Assembly (NCBI GenBank): GCA_964252035.1
Contig: OZ176200.1
Source of the DNA: Podarcis erhardii
Lineage: Eukaryota
Direction: 5' to 3' (one strand)
DNA length: 64,000 nt
In this document: piece after piece, positions 53,501 to 63,345 of the stretch
Layout of the letters: the number at the start of each line of letters is the position of its first letter
Position numbering within the stretch: the stretch's first letter is position 1
Translations under genes and position numbers: made by a program
Notes under the pieces: generated by a model
What the model was told of the DNA's origin: nothing
The model's database searches: none
The model's input: the letters and a program-made list of their open reading frames with translations, nothing else

Positions 53501-56500
53501 TGTGGTGGTGGCACTTGTTGTGACCAGTGGCGCTGGCGTGGTTTCACAGTGCTTGTAGTCGCAACACAGTGCTCTCATCTCATAATCGTAACACATCTTG
53601 TACTTCCCCATCTGTTTGGCATTCTCACAAAGGAGTCCAGTGTTGATATCGCAGATCATGTTCTGTCCAAGTTCAGATGCGCTCAGCTCTGGGTAGTCCA
53701 CTCCTCTGCACTCCACCTTTTGAGGGTGCTCGCAGATGGTACCCCCCGATGCCTGGATGCTCTTAATGTCCTCTCGATCGCCATCCCCAGGGTCGGAGCT
53801 TGGAGTGTGAAAACTGAACCAAGAGGTCCACTGGCATTTGGGTTGGCAACCGGTAGTGGTGCTTCCTGGCGTAGTGGTAACAAGGGGAGCCAGGGTGGTT
53901 GTTGTGGTCAGCAGGCCTGGAGGGGTTTGTGCAGTGGTCCCGGTGGTGGGTATTGTTGAGGAAGGCTTGGAAACAGGAGTGGACTGGAGTGTTGTGGCTG
54001 TCACAGTGGGGACCACTCCAGTGGAGACGGCAGCGGTGCTGACTGAGGCTGGTGTTGTGAGAGGGAGGGTGGAAAGCGGCGTTGAGTGGGTGGTGGTGGT
54101 TGGCTTTCTTGTTGTAACTCCTGGAGTTGTCGGAAGAAGGGTGGTGCTTTCGGTGGTGGTGAATACAACGGGAGGTGGCGTAGAGCCCGTGGAGGATGCT
54201 GGAGCCGTGCTCTTGCCTGCCGTGCTGCCTGGTGTTTCTGGGGTTGTTGGCTTTCCTGTGGTTACTCCTGGTGTTGTGGAAACAAGGGTGGTGCTTTCGG
54301 TGGTGGTATGGACAACAGGAGGTGGCATAGAGCCCGTGGAGGATGCTGGAGCCGTGCTCTTGCCCACCGTGCTACCTGGGGCTTCTGTGGTGGTGGCACT
54401 TGTTGTGACCAGTGGCGCTGGCGTGGTTTCACAGTGCTTGTAGTCGCAACACAGTGCTCTCATCTCATAATCGTAACACATCTTGTACTTCCCCATCTGT
54501 TTGGCATTCTCACAAAGGAGTCCAGTGTTGATATCGCAGATCATGTTCTGTCCAAGTTCAGATGCGCTCAGCTCTGGGTAGTCCACTCCTCTGCACTCCA
54601 CCTTTTGAGGGTGCTCGCAGATGGTACCCCCCGATGCCTGGATGCTCTTAATGTCCTCTCGATCGCCATCCCCAGGGTCGGAGCTTGGAGTGTGAAAACT
54701 GAACCAAGAGGTCCACTGGCATTTGGGTTGGCAACCGGTAGTGGTGCTTCCTGGCGTAGTGGTAACAAGGGGAGCCAGGGTGGTTGTTGTGGTCAGCAGG
54801 CCTGGAGGGGTTTGTGCAGTGGTCCCGGTGGTGGGTATTGTTGAGGAAGGCTTGGAAGCAGGAGTGGACTGGAGTGTTGTGGCTGTCACAGTGGGGACCA
54901 CTCCAGTGGAGACGGCAGCGGTGCTGACTGAGGCTGGTGTTGTGAGAGGGAGGGTGGAAAGCGGCGTTGAGTGGGTGGTGGTGGTTGGCTTTCTTGTTGT
55001 AACTCCTGGAGTTGTCGGAAGAAGGGTGGTGCTTTCGGTGGTGGTGAATACAACGGGAGGTGGCGTAGAGCCCGTGGAGGATGCTGGAGCCGTGCTCTTG
55101 CCTGCCGTGCTGCCTGGTGTTTCTGGGGTTGTTGGCTTTCCTGTGGTTACTCCTGGTGTTGTGGAAACAAGGGTGGTGCTTTCGGTGGTGGTATGGACAA
55201 CAGGAGGTGGCGTAGAGCCCGTGGAGGATGCTGGAGCCGTGCTCTTGCCCACCGTGCTACCTGGGGCTTCTGCGGTGGTGGCACTTGTTGTGACCAGTGG
55301 CGCTGGCGTGGTTTCACAGTGCTTGTAGTCGCAACACAGTGCTCTCATCTCATAATCGTAACACATCTTGTACTTCCCCATCTGTTTGGCATTCTCACAA
55401 AGGAGTCCAGTGTTGATATCGCAGATCATGTTCTGTCCAAGTTCAGATGCGCTCAGCTCTGGGTAGTCCACTCCTCTGCACTCCACCTTTTGAGGGTGCT
55501 CGCAGATGGTACCCCCCGATGCCTGGATGCTCTTAATGTCCTCTCGATCGCCATCCCCAGGGTCGGAGCTTGGAGTGTGAAAACTGAACCAAGGGGTCCA
55601 CTGGCATTTGGGTTGGCAACCGGTAGTGGTGCTTCCTGCCGTAGTGGTAACAAGGGGTGTCAGAGTGGTTGTTATGCCACCTGTCACTTTAGATGTTGTT
55701 CTGGATCCTGCTGTTGTTATTTCTGGTGTTGCTGGAGTTGTTGATGCACCACATGGCGTGTATAGGCAGCATAGGAACCTGATTTCAAAATTCAGGCAGA
55801 TTGGTGGTGTCTGATCCTTATTGTTGCATATCAAACCGTTAGACTTGGAACATTGTACCTTTTGTCCGAGGGTTTCTATGCTCTCATTAGGAAAGCGCTG
55901 AGCTCTGCATTCCACTTCATCTGGCATTTTACATACTTTGTTTCCTCTATCTCTTATTTTCTCTGGTGTTTCATAATCCCCATTGTCTCGTCCAAATTTA
56001 GGGTAGCTGACATCATACCATTCTGTCCATTCACATGTTCTATGGACACATACTGTTGTTTGTGCTGTAGTGGATTCTGAAAGAAACAACATCACTGGTT
56101 ATTTTAATCCGGTTCATTTAGATCATAAATCTCCCTATCTGTTATCTGCCTCCTCTCTCCTTTCCCATGTAACCTCTCTCCCAAGTTTTTTCTGTAGATG
56201 AGGCAGGGATTGGGGGGCGGGCGGGGGACCAGAAGAGCACATTGTTGGAAGTGGATCATTCCATCTGGGGAGCTGCCATGCTTGAGCCGATTGAACCTTC
56301 AACTTAACTTTATGTTGATTTCCATCTTGTATATGTTTATTTTAAAATAATATATGCAACATGTAACAAAAATATGAATATGATGTATTTGGGGATGTTT
56401 TCCTATGTTATAGAAGATTTGTAAAGTTTTTCATTATCTCTTCATTTTCTTACATACTTTGTTTATAAATGCTTGCTTTTGATCATGTCGCATTTACATC

Positions 56501-59500
56501 TAGTTTGGTTGAGATAATTGGTAAAAAATTATGTTATGGAGCTGGCTCAAATACCTAAGTAGCGCTAAGGAGATTGCTCCATTAGTACAAGCCCTGTTGC
56601 ACTAGTGGGACTCATTTGTGCTGGCTCTATTAACAGAAGTATTTAGTTGAATTTGTCCCTTTGTGTGGTTTTGTATGGCACCTCTGATTTTAACAGCTGA
56701 CCCAAGATATGGTGCTATTTGTGCTACTACTGCAGTGGTAGGAGCTGCTTCTCTGCTCTTTGGTGTGGTGCAGTGCATGTCTACTCAGAAGTATTATTCA
56801 CTGTGTTCAATGGAACTTCTCTCAGCGAAGTTTGGAAAGAGTTGAAGCAAAAGATTTGGACTGAAATACCTGCTTCACTTGGTGTTGTAGTTGAAACTGT
56901 AGGTGGTATTGTGGTAGTCCCACCACATCTGAATAGTTCTCTGTGGATTGTTCCATTGACATCACACGTTGCAATCATGCACCAGCCCAAGCCATCTGTG
57001 GTGTTGTAGATGACATCCTTGTAGATATATGTCTTTCCTTCATAATAGCAGTAGCATGCTGAAAATTGACAGAGTAAGAATGGTCAGGTAACGTCATATG
57101 AAATATGATATAAGGTGCCATTCATAACTCACTACATACAGCTTACCTTTGGCATCGTAGTTACACTCTATGCCTTTACTGGTGCATGTACTGTAAAAAA
57201 ATGATAGGAAAATGTGAGACCCAGGAATCATAAAACTGCATTCTGCTGTTTATTTTCTACTTAGTTTGGTCTGGAAGTTAATTTCATAGTTTTTTCCCTG
57301 CCCCCTTAAGCATTCATTTACCGTACTACTTCTTGTCTGTGATTTCATCTACCACTTTCACACTGAATTGCAAATAGGAACATTCTAATAATTTTCTTGT
57401 TCTGGTTTTTGGGATTTATTGTGTATGTAAAATCCAATTTAAAATATTACTTCAATCAATTAGATTCTCAGCATACTTCATTCTAATGGTATATTATGAG
57501 TATATGATAAAGGATGCAATCAGAGCAACAAGATTCATTCTAGAATCAACAAGAATAACATCTCAAGGGGTATACAGAGAGTACAGTAGTACCCAAGGTT
57601 TTCGCTACCTGATGAAAAGGTTTGTCACTTTCACAACCTGAAGTTTACGTTACCGAGAGTAATGTAACTGGAGGTGCTACTGTAATTGATCATTTCTCTT
57701 AGTGTTGTCAAGCTATACATACTTACCATGCCTGACATGTCTTTCTTGAGTCAAATGTTTTTCCTAGTGGATGATAGTTACCCTGATCATCATAACAGCC
57801 ACACACATCAACACACGTCATCTCATCCTCATTGAAATAAGGCCTGTCTGCTGGACAGTGTGGGTAGCAGCCTGAGACAAAGGAAGGTGTGAGGGAGATA
57901 AGAGCAATATATAAAACCTGTCAAAAAGCAATTCCATTTAATTTACTTTTTTTGGGGGGGGGAGGGTATTTTAATTAATATTTGTCATCTGGTCCAGTGC
58001 TGGGATCTTTCCACCAATAGCTTTTCCACATGCTTCCAAGTTTCCATGAAAGGAAAAAGGTTGTGGTCATTTGCAGGTGTGTCGAGTGAGCCCTTGATCA
58101 CATCTAGGCTGGCTCATAGAATTTAAGCCTGACTGCAAGCCATTTGAAACCCAAAAAGATGAGAACACAAGGTGACCTATTTTCTATTGGTTTAGACAAC
58201 CAACAACACTCCCCCAAACTTGAAACCTATTAAATGTTGTGCATAGCTGGCTTAATGACCCTATAAGTCACTAGAAGTCTTCTTACCTTCCAAGCCAGGC
58301 AACTGATAATGGCATCTCCCGCTTGGGTTTCTGCATGTCTTCATGCATGGGGCTCCACAAGGCTTGTAGTGCCATTCACATTCACGTTCATCATTGTAAT
58401 AATCACAGAACATTGCTAAGGGGAACCGAAAGAAAAAGGTTGAGGACCAGACATTCCACCATGGATCTGTATTGCTGTCAATGCCATTAAAATAATGGTG
58501 GGCACCATGACAAAGTATGCTCATGAGGCCAATACCTAAACTGATAAGAAGGTGGGAAGCAAAGGCATGAAGAAAGCACTGAAAATGAATGTAGTTATTT
58601 CTATTTACTGCAACATAGTTATATCAATAATCCTACATTAGGCAGTTGCTGATTTATTGAAGGTACCACACTGTACCACCCACCCACCCACACACACAAA
58701 TCCAGACATTTTCTTCAGTGTGCTGTTTATTGTCATATATATCTAATGGAAAAATTATCTTGAAGCTAACATCTCATTTCCCCTTCACCCTCCTCCCACT
58801 CCCAGTATACATTCAAGTGTGGTCCAATACTCACGACAGAATGATGGTGTTCTCCATGATATGCACACTCCAAATTCACTACATGCTTGAGCATACGCAG
58901 CTACAGCTGTACAGAAGCATTCACAATCTCCCCCCGTGTCACAAGCGCAGGAATCAGTTACACAAGCTTCATAATATCTCGTTGGCTCAACCTGTTAAAA
59001 CATTGAAGCATCAGCCATGGGTCCTGCTGACATTTCCTAAGTTTGTTCCACGGGCGATAGTGTGTTTGAGAAGTTGTTGGTAATATCCCCACCCCCTGGG
59101 TTTGCAATTGCTTTCATAGACTGTTGGCTAGTGTGCAAAAGATCCAAAGGGCCAAACTAAATGTGAGGTCTAAATGCATCTTTGCATTTAATGTGTAAAC
59201 AGTAATTATCAGCCCCTCCGCCACACCAGCTGATTCTATTTACATTAAATATTTGTATACAGTGCAACAAAAACCACAACATAAGGAATGTAAGAAATTC
59301 AAAGTCAGCAAGAAGTTCACATCTAAAATGTCTCTCCATGAAAAGTGTCCTTTCAGGGAGTGCTAGTTGCATTTTAAAAAAATACCCCCAAAACCTTCAG
59401 GTGAAATGGGAAGGCACATTTAACATCCTTTCACACTTTGCCCTAAGTGGTGAAGATAGAGGCCCTGATCCAGAGTATTCACACAGAAGACTGTACACCA

Positions 59501-62500
59501 ACTGGTGTGCTCATGCAACCAGCTGAAGAATATGAGCATTGCTCATTCAGGCAGCGTGGATCACCTTTTGGAGAGAGGAGGGGAGGGGAAGGGGTATCCA
59601 GACTGACTCCCATACCCACTCTTTCCCTCCAAAAGACTGCACAGACCTGGAACTGCCCTCCCATTATCTTTTTGCACTGGCACAAATATAGGCCTCTAAG
59701 CAAAATTCCATTTATGCACACGTATCTTGCCTGCTGTATTGGGGTGGTAAAAGTTCCATAGTTGAATATTCACATCGAGAACTGATTAGCAAAAGAAGGC
59801 AATAAAATGGGTCATAACAATCAGTTAGGGACTTCCTTTTAAAACAGGAAGAAAAGATATCAGCATGAGCTAATTTTCTGAATGGTCTGTCTTGACTTAG
59901 CCTGAATTCTTCTTATTAGTATTTTTCCAAATGCCTTCTTCACAATCCAAAGCATTAGAAACAGGATCTAGTGATAAACATTTACACTGAACACACTCCA
60001 AAATCTAGAATATGACAGTAGTGGTTCACATAGTAGAGGGTTGTTAAAGGCACTACTTAAGGTGCTGCTACACAGTCTTCAGAGTTGGTGACATCCTGTA
60101 GGGTGTTACGTGCCTTCCGTAATGGACTGTTGAAATCCATGAAACCACCACATGTATAATTACAGACTTGTAATTGCTCAGGAATGGTGGTGAACACCTG
60201 AAAAATTCTAGACGTCAAGAAAGTTCTGCCCCAAGGTATACCTGAGAGTGGCAGGCAGCAAAGGCCTTGCTGTTGATGATGCTGCATTGCTTCTGTGCCC
60301 AGGACTTTCTGTAAGGGTTCTTGAAGCAAGGATCCTTTGTGCATTTGGCTTCAGGACATGTGGGAGACACCTTCCAACTATTACCAAACTCCAGCACATC
60401 ACTTACTACAGACTGACTCCGGGTAGTGAAGTCATTCATTCCATTGCCATCATAGTTCCCACATAAACCACAGACCTGACCCTGCACAAAGAAGCAATGA
60501 AAACACTTGAGTTACAGATAAATTGCATGAACCTCTTAGCCCAACTTAATTTTTTATTTTCTTCTATTTGGTTAATTAATACGCTGCCATCTCTTATTAC
60601 AGGAAACTATCATTATTTGTTGCATTTAGAAAACACAAGCCATGTGTGCCTAGAGGTAAGAGATTTGTTTTTTCTTTCCTTCCTATGAAGATTATTTTGC
60701 ATTTGTTCAAAAATACAAAAAAACGAGAATTTTATATTTTGTTCGATTTCTCAGTTATTGTTAATCTACAAGTTATTGTCTATTCATAACTTCTCCGTCT
60801 TATTGCCATATGCTGATCAAAAGGGCAGCAGACGTATATTGAAAATATACTGCATTGGTATAAAATTCATTGAAATGTTCAAACATTGCTCATATTTTGA
60901 AATGATAACAGAACTCTTATATTTGGTCTCCTTATCAAAACAGGGTCAGTTTTCTGGGTCAGTTGAAAAGTAGATGCTTGCAAGGTGAGATTGCAAACAG
61001 ATACTCATCTAAATCAGAATCACATTCCAGTTTACTAATGATACTTTTTACAATATGGATGTCAAGCAGAGGCTGTTTGCAACTTCTTCCATGCGGCAGC
61101 AGCTCCCTGTGGAATAGCCCTGTTTGTTTGATATGTCCCATGTCATCTTCAAATAATCCCGGTGGAGGCAGTTGCATGAAAGCCAATCATGCCGGGAACC
61201 AATATATACCAAAGAGACAAGGCATATGAAGTAGTTTCCCTTATGAACCATCCTTTTTGCAGAGGCTATTTCAGATAACCTCCCCATGGTTTCTGTCTTG
61301 AAAATCAGCTCTTAAGGTGTGACTCTAAGCACACTTACAATTGAAGTAATTGTCATGGAAATGAGTGGGATTTGCATCTAAATTATGCACATTTAAACTT
61401 AAGATGTAAGAGGCACTAGTCTTGTAAAAAGTGCATCACCTTGAAATCATCACGTAATTTGATAAATATGCTGGTTTTCTTATCCCATAAAAGGATCAGC
61501 CCATTGTTTGCTTCAATAACCAAATACATGCCCATGTAGCGAATCTTGTAAGGTACTTGGCCTCCATCACCCCTTTGTATTAATTCATGGTGCTCCTCAC
61601 TGAGGATCAGATCATAGTTCTGGGGGAGGAAAATAAATAACGGGGGAAAGTCATTACAATGTTCAAAAACAAAAACTGGTGTTCATCATCCATCAACCCT
61701 ACGTATAATGTGTTGCAGAAAATTCAGGCAGGGAGACTGTTGGGCAGTGAGGTGGGTGGTAAGCCAGTACTCCTAATCTGTCCTGGTTGCCCAGTGCCAG
61801 GATCACACACTCTAGATGCCATCCACCTCCAACTGCTCAGAAAGCCGAGAGAGAGAGAATTTCTACAGACCAGAGTAACTTCCTTTCCCCGACCCTCAAG
61901 TCTGCCCCGATGCTGCACCAAGTATCGGAGTGTGTGTGTGTGTGTGCGCGCGCAGCTGGGTGAGTCCAACTCCACCCTGCTCACCCACCTAGGTCTCAGT
62001 GATGCAGAACAGATTGGCCTCCTCATTCATAATCAGACCAGGGATTAGGAAGGTCTTGTTCAGAGCTAACCTGGCATTCAGCAATAGTGCCTGCAGAATC
62101 GAGGGCTGGCTGATATGACAACCACAATTACCCAGGTTGGATAAGGGGCTGGCACATGGCACAGTCACTAACTGCCTGACATGTGCCCCTTACCCGGTCT
62201 GCCCCACCTCCCACATTATACCTCGCCCCTATCCTGAATCACTCTGATTGGGGCACTCCTCAATGTCCTCTCTTTTCAAATGCATCTCCCCTCACTCAGT
62301 AAAAACAAACAAACAACAACAACAAACCACATAAATTAAAAACAGTTAAAACAATTTTAGCAGTGGCCTTATCTCTGCTGCTCTCAATTGCTGGTGCTGG
62401 CTTGCCTGAAGGTGAGAGGCTCAGTAGGTGCAAGACTAGCAGGAGGGAGGGGGTGGCTGTAGGTGGTGAGAGGACAGAAGTCTCTTCTCTTGCCCTCACT

Positions 62501-62974
62501 CTCTCTTTCCGGTTCACCTCCTTGCCTCACTTAGTTGCTTGCTTGGAACCTAGTATGCAGATTAAATCATCTCATGCTAAACCCCGATACTGTTCCCTAA
62601 TAGTACTGGTAATGCTACTCACCCCAAAGAAGACTTTAATAGATTTTGAGCAAGTGGTTCCAGTAGTACCACAGGGAACATTTTCGGTGATGACTCGGAA
62701 TGTTCCGGGGGCAGAGTTGTTCTGTCCACAGTGATCCTAAGAAGGGGAGGGTGAAATAAGGGAAGAGATGACTTCATTCTGTGGTGTATTCAGCTTAGTT
62801 CTCCATTCATAAGGCCAAGACAAATTGCTCAGTACCTGAACTAGTGTATATTCACATTTCCCATTGAAAATGTAACGCTTGTCGTCAAAGGTGATATAAT
62901 GCCCATCTCCATAAACAGCACAGGTACCTAGGCATCTGTCCTTGGTGCATTCCCACATCCTGTTCTTACACACG
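25096..62974 (-). CDS. MUC5B: Gel-forming mucin, MUC5B orthologue; 29 coding exons from the start of D3 to the cystine knot (5' part outside the window)
   Basis: Domain order vWD3/C8/TIL/E, then a single giant CysD+PTS exon, vWD4/C8/TIL, vWC and CK. All junctions are GT-AG in consistent phase (14,386 nt in total). It lies tail-to-tail with TOLLIP like mammalian MUC5B, and motifs EGCFCPEDKILFN, CVGPDG.PK.PG, CNTTTC and KYSSEANAMQRECTCCQE match MUC5B as recalled. MUC5AC is less likely because D4 lacks GDPH. Confidence 0.88.
26020..26066. repeat. (AAT)n microsatellite
   Basis: Direct reading. Confidence 0.95.
26823..26934 (-). CDS. MUC5B: Mucin exon (CK domain N-terminal half)
   Basis: ttcag|CAAAT...TCAAA|gtaagt; NDCKVHKNQTLIRQSECISSEVVELTYCEGACPSSS. 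Confidence 0.92.
27195..27280 (+). mobile_element. SINE/LINE 3'-end remnant (ends ...cttatgttcttatg)
   Basis: Similar to the reverse-oriented copy at 63263-63345 (aacataagaagagcctgctggatcaggcc). Confidence 0.5.
27506..27557 (-). CDS. MUC5B: Mucin exon (end of vWC)
   Basis: tatag|CATGAA...AAAA|gtaagt; HELELTPDGCCETCKPK. Confidence 0.9.
27862..27990 (-). CDS. MUC5B: Mucin exon (vWC-like)
   Basis: PGDIWPPGGNNCSYYECEQMNDTFILVQSKRKCPIIHPEECES; 129 nt. Confidence 0.92.
29041..29100. repeat. Three perfect tandem 20-mers (tttacttggacccctcagtg) abutting Penelope copy 3
   Basis: Direct reading. Confidence 0.95.
29101..29234 (+). mobile_element. Penelope-like terminal-repeat remnant, single-arm copy 3, with 9-10 bp TSD
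   Basis: Same sequence as the copy 1/2 arms; ccctcagtg(t) at about 29092-29101 and 29235-29244. Confidence 0.85.
29102..29139 (+). ncRNA. Minimal hammerhead ribozyme motif (intact), antisense to the mucin
   Basis: gtat ctgaaga a gtgtgcatgcacac gaaa gc tc atac. Confidence 0.75.
29403..29498 (-). CDS. MUC5B: Mucin exon (vWC)
   Basis: GYEYQVEAGECCGKCVQNACIINMNETTEILQ; 96 nt. Confidence 0.92.
29703..29825 (-). CDS. MUC5B: Mucin exon (vWC)
   Basis: AEMPVPSKPCETCVCSSEKDPDSNTNLVKCQPVTCDKDCQE; 123 nt. Confidence 0.92.
32212..32255 (-). CDS. MUC5B: Mucin 44-nt exon
   Basis: ttcag|TACCA...TACAGG|gtaaga; PIPDVCLVNGTVYR. Confidence 0.88.
32655..32820 (-). mobile_element. CORE-SINE (MIR-like) remnant with embedded (CA)n
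   Basis: catcacaacaatcctgtga core-like motif and an atttatttatt tail. A similar forward-oriented remnant lies at about 19885-20030. Confidence 0.4.
33303..33407 (-). CDS. MUC5B: Mucin exon
   Basis: CNTTTCSNEKKPCELGYEATPVLLEGDCCVSFPC; 105 nt. Confidence 0.92.
34540..34717 (-). CDS. MUC5B: Mucin exon (vWC)
   Basis: PGSSWKSNCQECICDPLTESVQCKPQTC...DPCCPELQC; 178 nt. Confidence 0.93.
35924..35955 (-). CDS. MUC5B: Mucin 32-nt micro-exon
   Basis: ttccag|GCTGCGTG...AAACCA|gtgagt; CVGPDGLPKP. Confidence 0.88.
36849..36949 (-). CDS. MUC5B: Mucin exon (TIL4)
   Basis: PTKDTSEHVAEGCFCPEDKILFNTYTDICVKTC; 101 nt. Confidence 0.92.
37472..37684. mobile_element. Tc1/mariner (Tigger-like) MITE
   Basis: Termini CAGTGGTACTTCGG...CCGAGGTACCACTG flanked by TA on both sides. 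Confidence 0.88.
38558..38627 (-). CDS. MUC5B: Mucin exon (TIL4)
   Basis: YHCPKDKVYNACGPIHPVTCDD; 70 nt. Confidence 0.92.
39352..39530 (-). CDS. MUC5B: Mucin exon (C8-4)
   Basis: VFEECHKVLPPRIYYEDCLLEAC...CTDWRNMTLGKC; 179 nt. Confidence 0.93.
39845..39949 (+). mobile_element. L2-type LINE/SINE 3' tail with (TTA)n microsatellite
   Basis: tgttagccaccctgagcc...ggagggcggggtacaaataaaa followed by (TTA)n at about 39901-39949. Confidence 0.55.
40288..40519 (-). CDS. MUC5B: Mucin exon (end of D4, Pro/Thr linker)
   Basis: VCSNDKTDDCRLPNG...PTPCTTPSPLCELIVS; 232 nt. Confidence 0.93.
40705..40840. mobile_element. hAT-family palindromic MITE with perfect 8-bp TSD
   Basis: Termini CAGGCTTCCTCAACCTC...GAGGTTGAGGAAGCCTG; TSD gtcaaacc at 40697-40704 and 40841-40848. 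Confidence 0.92.
41129..41312 (-). CDS. MUC5B: Mucin exon (vWD4)
   Basis: IFFNHEPVNGDFTKYG...LFQHNTEGQC; 184 nt. Confidence 0.93.
41513..41574. repeat. Compound (AC)n-(AT)n-(GT)n microsatellite
   Basis: Direct reading; self-complementary arrangement. Confidence 0.9.
41871..42118 (-). CDS. MUC5B: Mucin exon (start of vWD4)
   Basis: [31 protein letters not shown]...VRINK; 248 nt. Confidence 0.93.
42685..42853 (-). CDS. MUC5B: Mucin exon (pre-D4 Cys-rich region)
   Basis: TNETWMFNNCTVATCEGNN...DGCVERYECE; 169 nt. Confidence 0.93.
42980..43173 (+). mobile_element. tRNA-derived SINE (degenerate)
   Basis: tRNA-like head (ggctgtttctcaatggtagagcac...ggtcccatgtttaatcc, A/B-box-like) and a tail ending tagatagacccatagtctgccttggtataagccggcttgctatgtt. 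Confidence 0.6.
43700..43965 (-). CDS. MUC5B: Mucin exon (Cys-rich plus short PTS)
   Basis: EVIYNRTDSSGCSFYAVCNRSC...GCPDIDPPRK; 266 nt. Confidence 0.92.
44826..44939 (-). CDS. MUC5B: Mucin exon after the central exon
   Basis: ATSTSIPSTTGTTTVTLSRTTPCFCRVPGFSKGLFSP; 114 nt; CAGCAG acceptor. Confidence 0.88.
45637..56076 (-). CDS. MUC5B: Mucin central exon, 10,440 nt, 12 CysD domains interspersed with PTS
   Basis: The stop-free ORF 45602-56095 is trimmed to splice sites tttcag|AATCC and ACAG|gtaatt. Every CysD has a WxxW motif (WTEW, WTPW, WTSW). Confidence 0.95.
46464..55610 (-). repeat. Coding tandem array: ten CysD+PTS units (8 x 885 nt and 2 x 1032 nt)
   Basis: Unit offsets read from recurring ORF starts at 47349, 48381, 49266, 50151, 51036, 51921, 52806, 53838, 54723 and 55608. 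Confidence 0.95.
56870..57058 (-). CDS. MUC5B: Mucin exon before the central exon
   Basis: CYCYYEGKTYIYKDVIYNTTDGLGWCMIATCDVNGTIHRELFRC...SEA; 189 nt. Confidence 0.93.
57147..57190 (-). CDS. MUC5B: Mucin 44-nt exon
   Basis: TCTSKGIECNYDAK. Confidence 0.88.
57727..57871 (-). CDS. MUC5B: Mucin exon (TIL3/E3)
   Basis: CYPHCPADRPYFNEDEMTCVDVCGCYDDQG...TCQA; 145 nt. Confidence 0.92.
58287..58415 (-). CDS. MUC5B: Mucin exon (TIL3)
   Basis: MFCDYYNDERECEWHYKPCGAPCMKTCRNPSGRCHYQLPGLE; 129 nt. Confidence 0.94.
58835..58991 (-). CDS. MUC5B: Mucin exon (C8-3)
   Basis: VEPTRYYEACVTDSCACDTGGDCECFCTAVAAYAQAC...WRTPSFC; 157 nt. Confidence 0.94.
60242..60481 (-). CDS. MUC5B: Mucin exon (end of vWD3, CGLCG motif)
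   Basis: GQVCGLCGNYDGNGMNDFTTRSQ...AFAACHSQ; 240 nt. Confidence 0.95.
61440..61619 (-). CDS. MUC5B: Mucin exon (vWD3)
   Basis: NYDLILSEEH...GLILLWDKKTSIFIKLRDDFK; 180 nt. Confidence 0.93.
62623..62736 (-). CDS. MUC5B: Mucin exon (vWD3)
   Basis: DHCGQNNSAPGTFRVITENVPCGTTGTTCSKSIKVFFG; 114 nt. Confidence 0.94.
62836..62974 (-). CDS. MUC5B: Mucin exon (E2 to start of vWD3)
   Basis: VCKNRMWECTKDRCLGTCAVYGDGHYITFDDKRYIFNGKCEYTLVQ; 139 nt. Confidence 0.94.
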
Positions 62975-63262
62975 CTGAGGGAGAAGAAGGGAGAAAATAG
63001 AGCATTTTAAAGTGATTCCTTGGTGTGCACAGATATAAGCTGGCATGTATTCCTTTAACACAGGGTTAAATGACTTATCTCTTAAATTAATCATAGGTAA
63101 TGTGTGGAGAGGGGAGGGGAGAGCAAGGGAAGCTGCGTTATTTCTTACAACCTGTAAAACATCAGAAAGATGGGAATTAAAAAAATGAGCTATGTAAGTT
63201 CTTTCATAGGCCACTCAAGAACGTTACAAGTTCACTGTACCATATTGTGGACTAGCCTAAGG

Positions 63263-63345
63263 GGAACATAAGAAGAGCCTGCTGGATCAGGCCAATGGCC
63301 CATCCTGTCCAGCATCTGTTCTCACAATGGCCAACCAGGTGCCTT
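63263..63345 (-). mobile_element. SINE/LINE 3'-end remnant
   Basis: aacataagaagagcctgctggatcaggccaatggcccatcctgtccagcatc, the reverse-oriented relative of 27195-27280. Confidence 0.55.

Noticed and set aside
46464-55610. Regularly spaced repeats superficially like a CRISPR or satellite array
   Set aside because: The units are in-frame coding repeats of a eukaryotic mucin exon, with no unique spacers and no cas genes.
45663-55814. Many long Val/Gly-rich + strand ORFs and repeated 66-aa minus-strand alternative-frame ORFs across the central exon
   Set aside because: They are antisense or frame-shifted shadows of the Thr/Pro/Ser codon repeats, recur with the 885-nt period, and have no independent coding signal.
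57605-57655. CTGATGA...hairpin...GAAG motif resembling another hammerhead
   Set aside because: GAAA is GAAG, no stem I pairing could be found around a cleavage triplet, and there is no similarity to the Penelope arms.
59521-59552. CTGAAGA followed by an ATGAGC/GCTCAT hairpin
   Set aside because: There is no GAAA or UH element after the stem; likely a chance hairpin.
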